This document shows positions 45,725 to 57,765 of a DNA stretch of 64,000 nt, piece by piece. The stretch's first letter is position 1. The number at the start of each line of letters is the position of its first letter. The notes beneath the pieces are model-generated. The model was not told the DNA's origin, made no database searches, and was given only the letters and a program-made list of their open reading frames with translations. The stretch lies in the sequence record MK250029.1, one strand, 5' to 3'. Position numbers and translations under genes: made by a program.

Positions 45725-45913
45725 TTAGTTTTCTTTTTCTTTTACATATCGTACTTTTACTGATACGATATTAATATTATTGTTTTCTAAATTATTTTCT
45801 AATTTATTTATATTGGTATTTTCTTTGGGTATATTTTTAAACTTATTGGTAAATAAACCCATGAACCAATACCAACATCGTTTAATAAATTGAATCATGA
45901 AGTTATTACACAA
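45725..45913 (-). CDS. small hypothetical protein (62 aa)
   Basis: ORF track. Fits the operon spacing. Confidence 0.55.
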   Translation of the reverse strand: MCNNFMIQFIKRCWYWFMGLFTNKFKNIPKENTNINKLENNLENNNINIVSVKVRYVKEKEN

Positions 45914-45967
45914 TATTAGTTTTACTCTAATATTTTATATCAAATATAATAAGTTTAGTTTACTTTA

Positions 45968-46372
45968 TTATTCACATGTATCTGCACTTCCATTTGATTG
46001 ATTTTCATCTTCAACTTCTGGTTTATTAACAGGTTTTTTTCTACAAGGTGCTTCAGTAATTTCTATCCTATTTTTACCAAAAGAACTTGTAATAGATTTA
46101 ATACCCATTAAACCTGCTGATACACTAAAGTATGTAATAGTTCTGTCTATGAATTCTAAAATATTTGCACATTCTCCTGGATTTATAAAATAATATAATA
46201 CAAGAATAACAAATAAAAATAAACACACACCTGATGCTATAAAACCTACAACTTTTGTTGAACTTGTTTTTCCGTTATTATTTGAAAATATTTCAACTGG
46301 AGAAAATTTATGGGCATTAAAAATAGGTACTCCATAAATTCCACAATCATCGCTTGTTTTCTATGTACTCAT
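45968..46372 (-). CDS. two-TM membrane protein, holin-like (134 aa, code 15)
   Basis: ATG 46372, TAG at codon 4. FSNNNGKTSSTKVVG then two hydrophobic helices and a charged tail. Holin role is inference. Confidence 0.6.
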
Positions 46373-46449
46373 TTGTTTTTAATTATTTTTCATTTAATTA
46401 TTTATTTTTATAAATATCATATACAAAATTTAATTAATTATTAATTTAA

Positions 46450-47484
46450 ATGAAATATTTTGGTTTTGACTCATCATATAAAAAACTATATGAATCATTA
46501 TTTGATGGTACAGATGGCATATTAGATAATAATGAAATTGATCATTCTGATTTATATATAGATGATGAATATATTTTTGAAAGATTTAAAGAATTATATA
46601 ATGAATAGGATTTATCAAAATATAGTATAATAGAATATCCTAAATTCAATAATTTTAATATATAGAATATAAATGGAATTGATTATAGATTTGTTGATAG
46701 TGTAGAATCTTGTGGACATTATACATTAGGTTATCCTAAGGGTATAAAACGTTCTGGAATATTTTCATATATAATTAATTCGCAGGAATTAATTGATTTT
46801 ATTATGAAATATAATATAATTATATAGTGTCCAATTTCATTAAATGGTAAATATTAGGAAACATATATAACTTATATTTTTGATAATATTAATATTCCTG
46901 AAAACTTTTTAAATAATTTTTCATTATATAAAGATTCATATGTAGTTAGAGCATATACACCTGGATTAATTTTTAATAACTGTAATATAATAGAAAATGA
47001 ATTAGAACATTTATTAAGTTCTACTGATTTTAGTTATAAACGAATAAAATATGTTAATTTAAATAAGGTAACATTAAAATCATTAAATATAACAATAACT
47101 TAGGATTTTTGTTTTGAAATAATGAATTGTAATTAGTTAACAGATTTAAATCTTATATATAAATGTAATATAGTCGATGATAATTCATTAGTTATAAAAA
47201 ATTGTAAGGCTTTGAAAAATGTTAATATATAGGATAATTCTAAATATGTTTCTTTATTAAAATTAAAAATTGATAAATGTCCTAATATTAATACAGATAC
47301 ATTAATATTACCAAATCATAATACAAAAATATATAATGTACAATTACTTAATGATAAAATAAAATAGCGTGCAATAAAATTCCGTGGTGATATAGTTGAA
47401 TATTTTTATAAGAATGGTAATGGTAAAGATTTTAAATATAAGTATTATAATATGGGACCAAACCCACATATGTATTGGTTATAA
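46450..47484 (+). CDS. LRR-like protein with KKLYESLFD leader (344 aa, code 15)
   Basis: Missing from the track. ATG 46450 to TAA 47482-47484, C-terminal LxIxNC repeats (IMNCNQL, IKNCKAL, IDKCPNI). Confidence 0.75.
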
Positions 47485-47500
47485 AAATAATATATAATAA

Positions 47501-47532
47501 AAGGGAAATAACTGTTATGAGTTATTTCCCTT
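47501..47532. terminator. bidirectional terminator
   Basis: aagggaaataact / agttatttccctt 13-bp stem. Confidence 0.75.
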
Positions 47533-47759
47533 AATTTATTAAAATAAGTTAGTAATTCGTTTGACTATATTTTTCCGTGTTTTATGTAAGATTTTGTATA
47601 TAGTCCAAACATGAGGACGAAATAAATACAGGTAAAACCTATAAAGTTTTTTTATTTCTTTAAAGGAGTATATATGAATTCCATCTGAATTTGTGCTTAA
47701 AATCTGTATAAACGTAAACATAGTATATATTCGAAAACTTATTTTAATTATTAAATAAT

Positions 47760-49127
47760 TCACTTATTCTGCTCAAAATATGAACAACATATATATGATT
47801 TGTCTGAAGTGAATCTAGAAAACTACAGATTAAACTAATCTATAGAAAGTCGATATTTAAGTTTCGACTTTTTGAAGAAGTAATACAACTCAATCAAATC
47901 TTTGTATGTAGGTTGTAACTTAAATTCTTCCAACGACTTAAGATACAACTTATTGAACATACTTAAATTCGGTCTTATTATATTCTTTTTTATCTATTTT
48001 GTTTTACTTATATATTGATTATAAAACTCATAACCTCGTCTGCCTATTTCTATTGATGCTAGAATCATATCCGGTAAATTTAATGAACGATATAGAAAAT
48101 TACCTATAAATGATGAATACTCAGGTTTAACTTTTAATAATTTAATATTATGAATATTACAGCGCTTTGTTAAATTATTCACAAATGTATTCCTACACCA
48201 TAAATTAATGGATAATTTATTAAATTGCTTTCCCTTATCTAAATCTTTTGATTTAATATTTAAATCTTCAATAGAAATTAGTTGACATTTATAATATATT
48301 GCTTTATTAATTATATTCTTTACTATCTAAATTGTCTCAAAATTCCTCTTATTATTTAAAAATTTTCGTTTTTTTGATTCAGATGAATATCCTTTATTTT
48401 TTAAATTAAAATCCTTATCATTTAATTTCTTTATAGAATAAACGCCTGATTTAATAACATCAAATTCATTTTCAGATTTCCAATCAACAATAGACCATCC
48501 AATATAATTTGGATTCAAATCTAATGATAAAACTCTATTCTTTATGAATTTTGTTTCGTAATTATAAATATCAGTTTCTTCAAATATTATATAGATATAT
48601 TCTAAATCCAACTTATAAGCTATCTTTATTTCTTTCCTCTCTTGCTTCTAATATAACTTAGATAAAACCTATTTGCGTTTATTTAATCCTATAAATTGTA
48701 AATTTATTTTAGTTGATTTATTAGGTTTAAATGTAACATTTTCCAAATCTTGTTCTATATGAAATTTTCTGTTTCCTTTAACTGATTTATTAACTACTTC
48801 ACCTATTGAATATATAGGAGATAATCGTTTCTATTTAAACTATTCTTTAGATATATTATTTTTTAATCTATCAAAATAATTTTTTTTACCTCCAAATATT
48901 ACTTTCTATTTCTTTGGTATATCATAAAATGAACATTGAATAAACCAACTATCTAATAAATCTACATTATTTAATAACTTAATCTATTGTTTTATATCTT
49001 TCTATAATTTACTATCCTAAATTCTATTATATACAAAATGCTATACAGAACTATATTGTTTCATATAATCCTGTATAATACATAATGACTAATCATCTGT
49101 TTGATATTTAATCTTTAATACTTGCAT
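47760..49127 (-). CDS. tnpB: TnpB-like RuvC nuclease, copy 2, stand-alone (455 aa, code 15)
   Basis: ATG 49127 MQVLKIKY to TGA 47760, colinear and highly similar to copy 1. No tnpA adjacent. Confidence 0.85.
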
Positions 49128-49215
49128 TTTAATGTATATAATATTATATTCTTTTATTATTTATCTAAATTTATTTTAAAATTATTAAAAATTCATAAAA
49201 AATATTATAAAAAAT

Positions 49216-49248
49216 AAGAGGAACTATACATCACGTACTGTTCCTCTT
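49216..49248 (-). terminator. terminator hairpin
   Basis: aagaggaac / gttcctctt stem with T-run on the minus strand. Confidence 0.6.
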
Positions 49249-49359
49249 TAATCTAAATAATTTAGAAAAATGAAAACTAATTGAAAAACGAGCAAACGTT
49301 TTTTCTTAGTTTTTCTATATCTTTTTATTTATCTATGTTTGAAAAATAATTTTTTTAAA

Positions 49360-51492
49360 TTAGTTTCCGCCGAATAATTTATCAAGTTCTTCCTGTGACA
49401 TTGCATCTACTGCATCATCACCGTTTGTTGATGGTTCATCATCTTTATTCTCGTCATCTGACTTATCATCATCTGAATCACTTGAATCATCAGAATCATC
49501 AGAACTATCTGAATCATCAACAATCTGACCACCAATCATTTCTTCAAATTCTTCTTTAGAAATACCATATTCATTATTTAAAACATCTGCAAGATCATTT
49601 ACATAATCAGTATTTGTTAAAACAACTTTAATAGGTTTATCTTCACTGTCAGAAGAATCATCTGAATTATCATCTGAACTTGCATCTGAATCTTCACCAT
49701 CTGTTGCATTATCATCTGTAGAATCATCTGTAGAATCATCTGCTGTATCACTTTCAGAATCATCATCTTCTAACAATTTCTTAAACTTATTATAATGTAA
49801 AGACTCATTAGGTGTTTCATCTGCAGTATCATCAGTATCTGTATTTTCATCTGAGTTTTCATCTGCTTCTGAATCTGTATCATCAGAATCTTCACTGTCA
49901 TCTGTTTCATCATCATCTTCAAATTCAATAGCATCATCTGGAACACCAGCATCTACAAGTGATTGTTTAAGTTCATCTGCAGCATCTTGATTTGCAACTG
50001 TAATTACAACGCGTGATAATTCTACTTCTTCATCATTATCGGGTGTTTCATCTGTATCGTCACCTGATTCAGTATCTGCATTATCGTCTGAAGCATCTGC
50101 ATTATCATCTTTACTATCTCCATCAGTAGGATCTACTGACAATGGTTCCAATGGATTTTCTTCATCTTCATTAATTGCTTTAGACTTATTCAACTTTTTG
50201 AAAGTCAAACGATATGTAAGTTCTTCATCAAGAATTAACATTAAACGCTCTTTATTTTCAATAGCTGTACGAAGTTCTCTCTTTGTTGATTTTGTAGCAG
50301 ATTCATTCAATGACTTATATGATTTCATAAGATTTGTATGCTGTTTCTTAACAGTATTTAACAATTCAAGAAGTTCTTTAGCTGAATATTCTGTAATATT
50401 CTTACCATTGATTGTTTTCTTAGAATATAATGTTTTCTTACCAGATTTCATAGCTTCACAAATCATATTGAACTTCTCTGCACCAAGTGATTCCTTTAAC
50501 TGCATAATCTCCTTTTTCTTCATGATAAGTTTCATCTTCTTATCATTACGCGGTTCTGTCTTTGCTTTATTAATTGCATTACTAATAATAGATTCATTAA
50601 GATATGGTTTCTTAGCAGAACGAACAATATCTCTTGTTGTCAAACCAGCTTTACGCATTTTTAATGCTTCAGAAAGGTTAACAAGTTTTTTACCTTTCTT
50701 TGGTGGACAACATCCCTTTTTCTTTTCAAGAAGTCTTCTTCTGTTTCTGAGTTTACGATTATTTAATGATTCATAGCATTCAAATTCACTGTCTTCCATA
50801 CATTCATCAAATTCATCATCTGCATCGTCATCTGAATCATTTAATGCATCATCATCAGCAAATTCCTCATCAGCATCTTCATATGTTTCATCATAAATAC
50901 CATCATCTTCCATATCTGCATATGCAGCATCTTTTGCATCTAATGCGTCAGGATCATCAGGATCAACTTCATCATAATCAGGAATCATATCATCATAATC
51001 ATCATCCTCTGTATCAATCCATTCACCTTCATCATCAAGACCATAATCTTCATCCATATCAATATAATCATCACCATATTCATCCTTCATATCTTCGATA
51101 GCGCAATCTCTTGCATCATCGTCACATGATTCATCAATATAATCATCACCATATTCATCTCTCATATCATCTTCAGCTGCTGCACGAGCATCATCATCTG
51201 ATTCAACGTCATCAAGTTCATCATCTGCATCGTCATATACAAAGAAATTATCAACGTCATCAATATAATAATCATTTTCAAATATGTCGATAATATCATC
51301 TTGTGTAAGACCATCAATTACCATATAAACAGTACCATCAGACTCTTCCTTAGTAATTGTTGCATCTGTTGTATCTTCTATCTATGAAGCGATTTTATCC
51401 ATCTAACCATTAAGTTCAGGATTTTCGTTTACAAGTCGTACAACATCAATCTTTACAGGAAATGTAAGACTTTCATTAAGTTTTCTTTTCAT
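49360..51492 (-). CDS. large acidic protein, putative prohead core/scaffold (710 aa, code 15)
   Basis: ATG 51492 MKRKLNESL, TAG at codons 30 and 37 only. Asp-rich tracts alternate with basic helical segments, repeated LNES/INE/LLE. Confidence 0.8.
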
Positions 51493-51553
51493 ATTATTAT
51501 AAATAGAATTATTTTCTTTTTTATTATTTATCTTTTTGAAAAAACACTATAAA

Positions 51554-52177
51554 TTAACTTAAATCGATTAATTTTTCATAATATTTTTTCAATATTTTTT
51601 CATCCAGTATATTATTACTTAACATATTTATATATGCAGTCTTAAACATATCATAATTATGATTATATATATCATTTCTTATAATAGTAGATGAAACACA
51701 TTCATTATTATATTCATCATTTCTATTAATATAATGTACCGGTTCAATATTAGCATTTATATATATGGTTTTTACACCTTTAGTTGAATCATAATATTTT
51801 CCGTTTTCTGAATATAATTGAAAAAATTCATCTTTTCGTTTAATGTCATTACCTTTATTTGATGTAACTAAACAGAATTTCTCATCATTAATTGAACTTC
51901 CAACATCATTATAACATTTACGTATAGGTGCAGGATATTCTGATATACCAACATTAATATTTACATTATATAGTTCACTTAACTTATCTTTAATATTATT
52001 TAAAAACCATAATGAACTATCTGCCGTAATATTATCTCTATTTTTAGATGATATATAAATACGTACTTCATCAATATGAACATTATCGATATTGAATATG
52101 TGTGATTTCAATATCGATAAATGTCCATCATGAAATGGTTTAAAACCACCAGGGAATAATAATATATTTTTACTCAT
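51554..52177 (-). CDS. HIGH-superfamily (cytidylyltransferase-like) nucleotidyltransferase (207 aa)
   Basis: LFPGGFKPFHDGH (HxGH) and VSSTIIR motifs. Confidence 0.8.
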   Translation of the reverse strand: MSKNILLFPGGFKPFHDGHLSILKSHIFNIDNVHIDEVRIYISSKNRDNITADSSLWFLNNIKDKLSELYNVNINVGISEYPAPIRKCYNDVGSSINDEKFCLVTSNKGNDIKRKDEFFQLYSENGKYYDSTKGVKTIYINANIEPVHYINRNDEYNNECVSSTIIRNDIYNHNYDMFKTAYINMLSNNILDEKILKKYYEKLIDLS

Positions 52178-52190
52178 TTATTTCTTATTT

Positions 52191-54746
52191 TTAAACTGAC
52201 TTAATTCCAAATTTAGATGTATCAATACCTATTAAATTTTTAAGTGAAATACCTCCAAGTGTTTGCATTTCATGGAATGTTTTTAATATAAATTTAACAT
52301 CTGGATTAAATACAACAAATACAATGTCTTTTCTTATTTTTGAAGGTATCTGTTTTAATTGTTCCCAACCAGAATCTTCTCCATCTGTAAATACCATAAT
52401 AGTTGTATGTTTTTCACCATTATCATAATAATATGGTTTCTTAAGCTTAGTAACACTTATAGTATTTCCTGGAATATCTGTACCTCCAGAACCACCTCGT
52501 TCTCCAAGAAGTTCAAGACGTTTTGAAATAGGTGTTTTAATATTCCACATTTCAACATCTTCAGGATGTATAGCACCTGTTGTAAAATAAGCTCTAGCAG
52601 AATTTAATACTTTACATTGTTTTTCTAATGTTACAATTTCTTTAAATATCTGATAGAATATACCATTACCATTACTATACATAGAACCTGAATTATCAAT
52701 AAGATAAAATATATTTGCTGCATTATTCTCAGCAAATGGAACTTTTTTATATGGGTTGTATCTATCATCACGCCATGATTGTGACATTGTACGTTTTGAA
52801 CGTTTCATCTGTGTTCCTGCTTCCATCGCAGCTGTAAAATGTTTCTTCATCTTCTGCTTCCAATTAGCAAGAGATTCCATATTTTTTAACTTATCTGCAA
52901 TATCATTAAGTTTATTTGCAAGATCTGGTGAAACTTGATTTAATCTTTCTTTATTTTCTTCATTATATCTTCTGGATATTTCTACAGGATCACATGTTAA
53001 TTCTTCTGCAGTATAAGGATCACCTGATTCTTTTGCAATTTCAGCCATTTGCTCTTGTGATAACATATCAGCACCACCAAATGTAGAAGATGTTGTTGTA
53101 TCAAATTCCTTACCTTCAAGTTGTTCTTGAAGTTTATCTTCATCTGGTACAGAATTCATATCTTTATCGATTTGTGATTTCATCTTATCAATTGCTTTCT
53201 TAACATCTTTACGTGCTTGTTCACGTGCTGCTTTTTCTGTAGGAGACATTTGACCAGAATTTCTACCAGTTTTTGAATTTCCCATAGAACCTTGAGATGA
53301 TTGGCTCATTTCACCGCTTTGACCAGATTGTCTATCTTGTGAATCACCAGAATCATTTCCAGATTGTCCTTGATTATCACCATCATCATTTCCTAAATTT
53401 CCATATTCATCTGAATTTTCAGAATCATTATTACCAGATTGTGAATCATTTCCAGATTGAGAATCATCATCACCTTGTTCATCAGAATCTGTTCCTGAAC
53501 CTTTACCCATAGCTTTATCTAATTCTTTCTGTATCTCATCATTATATGCATCTTGATACTCAGAAGATTTATCACTATTATCTGGCATATCATCCATACC
53601 ATAATCGCTCATAGTATCTGGATCTGCTGCACTTAAATCTGTATCATCATATGAACCACTTCCTTGACCTTGTTGTCTATCAGATTGATTATTTTGATTA
53701 CCTGATTGATTCTGTGATCCTTGATTTCCAGATTGTTGTTGAGATGAATCACTCTGCTGACCTTGTGAACCACCTTGACTTTGTGATTGACTATTATCAC
53801 CTTGCTGACCACTCTGACCTTGTTGCTGACTTTGTGAAGACTGACTATCACCAGATTGTCCTTGTTGTCCAGATTGCTGTTGAGAATTATTTACCGGATT
53901 TTGATTAATTGGTTGTTGTGGTGTAGAAACTTTATTATAGAAATAAGCATCAAAAATAATTTGCCATGGTTCCATTCTAAATCTATCATCAAAAATTCCA
54001 TCACATTCTTCTGTTGCTCCAGCAAAATATTTTGGAATTTGTTTTTCAAGATCTCGATTTATCTCAGCATCCATTGCAATATTTGCTAATTGATGATTCT
54101 TTCCACCTTGTGTTTCTGTTTTTCTTTCTGCTTGTTCTCTGTGTCTATATATCTGATGATATGCTTCATGACAAATAACATAAAGAACTAATCTAGCCAT
54201 TGTAATAACTCTATCAGATTGAGACATACGTTTACCTTGAGACATTAATTCCTTTACTTGTCCTTTCCCTTTATATAAAAGTTGTTCAGCAAATACAGGA
54301 TTAAATGCTATACGTACTCCATCTGATGCAGCTGTATCAATATTAAATGACCACAAAATAGGTTTATTAAATCTTCCTAAAATTGGTCCTAATTCTCTGG
54401 TTGATGCAGCTTGAGTTTTTGCCATTTCACAAAAAGATGCAATTTCAGCAGGAATAATTTCTTCTTCTGTTTGTTCTCCTGTTATCGCGTCAGTAATCTT
54501 CACCTTAACAGGTACACGCATTTTAGATACAGGAATAGAATATCCCATATCTTTCATTGTAGCACCTTTATATAACTTTCGCAAATCTAAGCTTTTCTGT
54601 TTCATAAGTCTTCCCCATAAACCAGCTAATTCACGTTGATTCTCTTCAGCAGACTTCATCTTAACACCCATTGTATTTTGTACTGTGTTTTTAGAATAAG
54701 CTTCGTATACTCGAGTTTTATTAGTTTTTAACTTTACCTTTACCAT
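52191..54746 (-). CDS. DUF2201-type metallopeptidase-vWA protein with Q/S/G/D-rich linker (851 aa)
   Basis: TAASDG, CHEAYH (HExxH), NIAMDAEIN, LIDNSGSM (MIDAS), GGTD, FTDG. TAG-free. Confidence 0.85.
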   Translation of the reverse strand: MVKVKLKTNKTRVYEAYSKNTVQNTMGVKMKSAEENQRELAGLWGRLMKQKSLDLRKLYKGATMKDMGYSIPVSKMRVPVKVKITDAITGEQTEEEIIPAEIASFCEMAKTQAASTRELGPILGRFNKPILWSFNIDTAASDGVRIAFNPVFAEQLLYKGKGQVKELMSQGKRMSQSDRVITMARLVLYVICHEAYHQIYRHREQAERKTETQGGKNHQLANIAMDAEINRDLEKQIPKYFAGATEECDGIFDDRFRMEPWQIIFDAYFYNKVSTPQQPINQNPVNNSQQQSGQQGQSGDSQSSQSQQQGQSGQQGDNSQSQSQGGSQGQQSDSSQQQSGNQGSQNQSGNQNNQSDRQQGQGSGSYDDTDLSAADPDTMSDYGMDDMPDNSDKSSEYQDAYNDEIQKELDKAMGKGSGTDSDEQGDDDSQSGNDSQSGNNDSENSDEYGNLGNDDGDNQGQSGNDSGDSQDRQSGQSGEMSQSSQGSMGNSKTGRNSGQMSPTEKAAREQARKDVKKAIDKMKSQIDKDMNSVPDEDKLQEQLEGKEFDTTTSSTFGGADMLSQEQMAEIAKESGDPYTAEELTCDPVEISRRYNEENKERLNQVSPDLANKLNDIADKLKNMESLANWKQKMKKHFTAAMEAGTQMKRSKRTMSQSWRDDRYNPYKKVPFAENNAANIFYLIDNSGSMYSNGNGIFYQIFKEIVTLEKQCKVLNSARAYFTTGAIHPEDVEMWNIKTPISKRLELLGERGGSGGTDIPGNTISVTKLKKPYYYDNGEKHTTIMVFTDGEDSGWEQLKQIPSKIRKDIVFVVFNPDVKFILKTFHEMQTLGGISLKNLIGIDTSKFGIKSV

Positions 54747-54790
54747 TATGTTAGAAGTAAAAAAATCTTTTTAATATTTATTAAAATAAA

Positions 54791-54827
54791 AAGAGTGAAT
54801 ATAATTCAAATAATTATATTCACTCTT
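54791..54827 (-). terminator. terminator hairpin
   Basis: aagagtgaatataatt / aattatattcactctt 16-bp stem. Confidence 0.7.
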
Positions 54828-54853
54828 AATATATATTGTTTATTTAATGTTTA

Positions 54854-57640
54854 TTATTTTTTCGCTCTACTCTTAACCGCATTACGTGTTTGATTGAAAT
54901 CAAACTTCTCTGAACGTGCAAGAATATTTAATGCAGGTAAAATAGGAACTTTAGATTCTTCAATCTGATGAACATGTGCAATCTATTGAAGACTTGGATC
55001 TTTCTTTGTACGAGCAGCTTCATATGCAGTAAGGGTCTTTCTAACTGCAACCGTATTATAGAATTCTTTACGTAAATCTGAATCAATATTATTACACTTT
55101 TCAAATAATGAAGTTCTCATATTATGTGCGATAGAACCAATTTCAGTTTGAATTGAAATCTTAGCAATCCATGATGCAAAGTGTGCATATAATTGAGCAA
55201 CACGTGAATTAAGTAATGAATTTACTTTATTACGTAATGTATCAATATCTTGTAATTCTGCATCATCAAATAATAAGTTATGTGTCTTACCATTAATATT
55301 AAATGAATATTCTTTAATAAGTTTCTATGCAGCAGATGAAACCTGACTGTCTGATAATGGTTTAGCATTTTCTAATGTTTCTATATCATTCTTTATATCT
55401 TCCTCAAGATCTCCAGGATATGCAGCTAATACCTATAATGGTAATTCTTTTGCAATACTAGAAATACACTTCCATTTAGAGAATTCTGATGTTGCATACA
55501 TATCAACTGATAATGGTTTCTTATCATCATCATCCTAATATTCAGAAGGCATACTACCAGTTTCCCAAATAGTTGTCATTACCTATGGAGTAAAGATCTT
55601 TGAATATTCATTATATGAACGCCATGCCTTCATAACAGGACCTGTAGCAGTTGCACCATTTGTACCAGTATCATCACCAATTTTATCACGCATATTATCT
55701 GTAAAATATGTCATAAAAATATTATAACGTCCGCGTATACCAATTGAACTATTACCAGTTGGATCCAATTCATCAAGACCACCATGTTCATCAACCCACC
55801 AGTCCCAATAATCATCATCAAGTTCATTTAATGCATCAATTAAAACATTTGGAAGAATTCCGCCATAATATTCTTTATATGTATTTCCTTCATCATCTGT
55901 TTTTTCTTCTACAGAAGAATCAATTAATTTCTAATAATATTCTTTTCCAGAAATACCATCAGGATTCTCATCAAACAAATCAATTAAAGCATCTTTATAG
56001 AATGGTCCAATTGTATTTGCCCATGTACGAGGAGTAACCATACGTTTTGTACGTAAAATAATTTCCTGATTAAGAACATCACTAATCTTAGATAAAGAAT
56101 CATTCTGATCTTCATGTGCTCTCTTATCTGCCTCTGGATTATCAAGCATATCATCATATCCACCATTTACAATAGTAGAATACCATACATAATCATCTGA
56201 AGCTTCAATAAAATCTGTAATAAATGGTGGTACATTAGCTTCATGTGTCAAAGGATCAACTTCACGTGCCCATTCAATCCATTCAGTCTTTGAAGGAACA
56301 TATGTATAATGTGTAAAACGGTTTGTTTGTGCAGCAGTAGGGAAATATCTTCTATCTTCTGATTCTGCTTCATTCTCATCAATAGAACGGTTAGATGCAA
56401 GAACAAAACCCCATTTAGATGCAACAACATAATTATCACCAAATTTATGATCATTAACAATACCCATGATAATATTTTGAACATTAGGTTCAACACGTGA
56501 ATACTCATCCATAAATACAACACCGCCTTCAAAAGGATGTCCATTAGCAGATGTAATTTCTCCTGTATTATCAGTTGAAAGGAATCTACATGTATTACAG
56601 AAATAATCACGTTTCTTATTCTCTTCTGGATCTGATGTATTAAGATATACTGGTAACCAAGTCTTAGGTGTATCTGTAAATCCTTCACGTGTATACATTT
56701 GTGATTTCTTTTTTGCTGAACCAGAATCAAGACCCCAACCAATTTCACGGGTAGCATCACGAGGTAATGTCCAGTTTTCTATTGTATAACCAGCAAGCAT
56801 AATAACTTCAAGATTCAAGTTAATTGCTTTATATTTAGCATTAGCCATATCTTTAATAGTTTGCTTAATGATTGCAGTTTTACCAATACCAGGAGCACCC
56901 CATATAAGGAATGGAACAACATCAGAGTGTCCGCCAAGAGGACCGGAAATTTGTTCACGAATATTAGTCTTAAGCTTAGAAATTAATTGCTTAGAATTAA
57001 TAGCAACACCAAAATGACTGAATCCATTACCATCTTTAACTGCATCATATGAATATACAGCTTCATTTAATGCTTTATATAATTTTGTTGGTTTATAATA
57101 TGTTTCATTAACATATTTAATAGATTCAGAAATAGTTTCATCTGTTGTTCCTGCACGTTTAATAACACGACTCCAGAAATTAACAATATCTCTACGGTCT
57201 TTTGCTATACCTTCTGCAAATGCCTAATCAATAGTCATACCACCAGTACCTGCAGTTTTCTTTAATGATGCAGATGGTGCAAAATAAACACCCTTTGGTA
57301 ACATACCTTTTGATGCTTTAATTGCTAGGTTACCAACATTATTTAATGACCATGAAACAACCTAATTAGCTGCATCATCAACAAGTGCAATAAAACCTCT
57401 TACTTTATCAGTAATATATGAAGCAACTTTCTTTCCGTATTCTTTAATCTTATCAATAAATCCTTCATTAATCAAAATCTTATTCAATGGTATATTATTT
57501 TCGACATAATTATCATCGAAACGCATTGAACATGTATCATTTGATTCATTAATTGATAAAAGAATACCATTAATCTTATACTATGTACCTTTAACACTAT
57601 GTACAAGAGTTGCTGGTATATTCAATCTAGTTTTTACCAT
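54854..57640 (-). CDS. MoxR-like AAA+ ATPase with N- and C-terminal extensions (928 aa, code 15)
   Basis: ATG 57640 to TAA 54854 through nine TAG. Walker A WGAPGIGKT, Walker B VFMDEYSR, VLASNR, NRF, TPRTW. Confidence 0.85.
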
Positions 57641-57725
57641 ATTTAAAAATCAAAAAAATTATTTTTTATATTTATCTTGTGAAAATATATAGTATTATTC
57701 AGTTAAATTATTTATTAATAAAAAT

Positions 57726-57763
57726 AAAAAGGTAAACTATGAATCAACATAATTTACCTTTTT
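57726..57763 (-). terminator. terminator hairpin
   Basis: aaaaaggtaaa / tttaccttttt stem. Confidence 0.6.
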
Positions 57764-57765
57764 AA

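Noticed and set aside
47539-47763. 74-aa ORF downstream of tnpB copy 2
   Set aside because: GTG start overlapping the tnpB stop, no motifs, atypical composition. Cannot be distinguished from a 3' untranslated or element-end region
1557-57640. Treating TAG-interrupted genes as pseudogenes or as many small separate ORFs
   Set aside because: Interruptions are exclusively TAG, frames are kept across them, essential genes (capsid) are affected, and TAG aligns with CAA in paralogues
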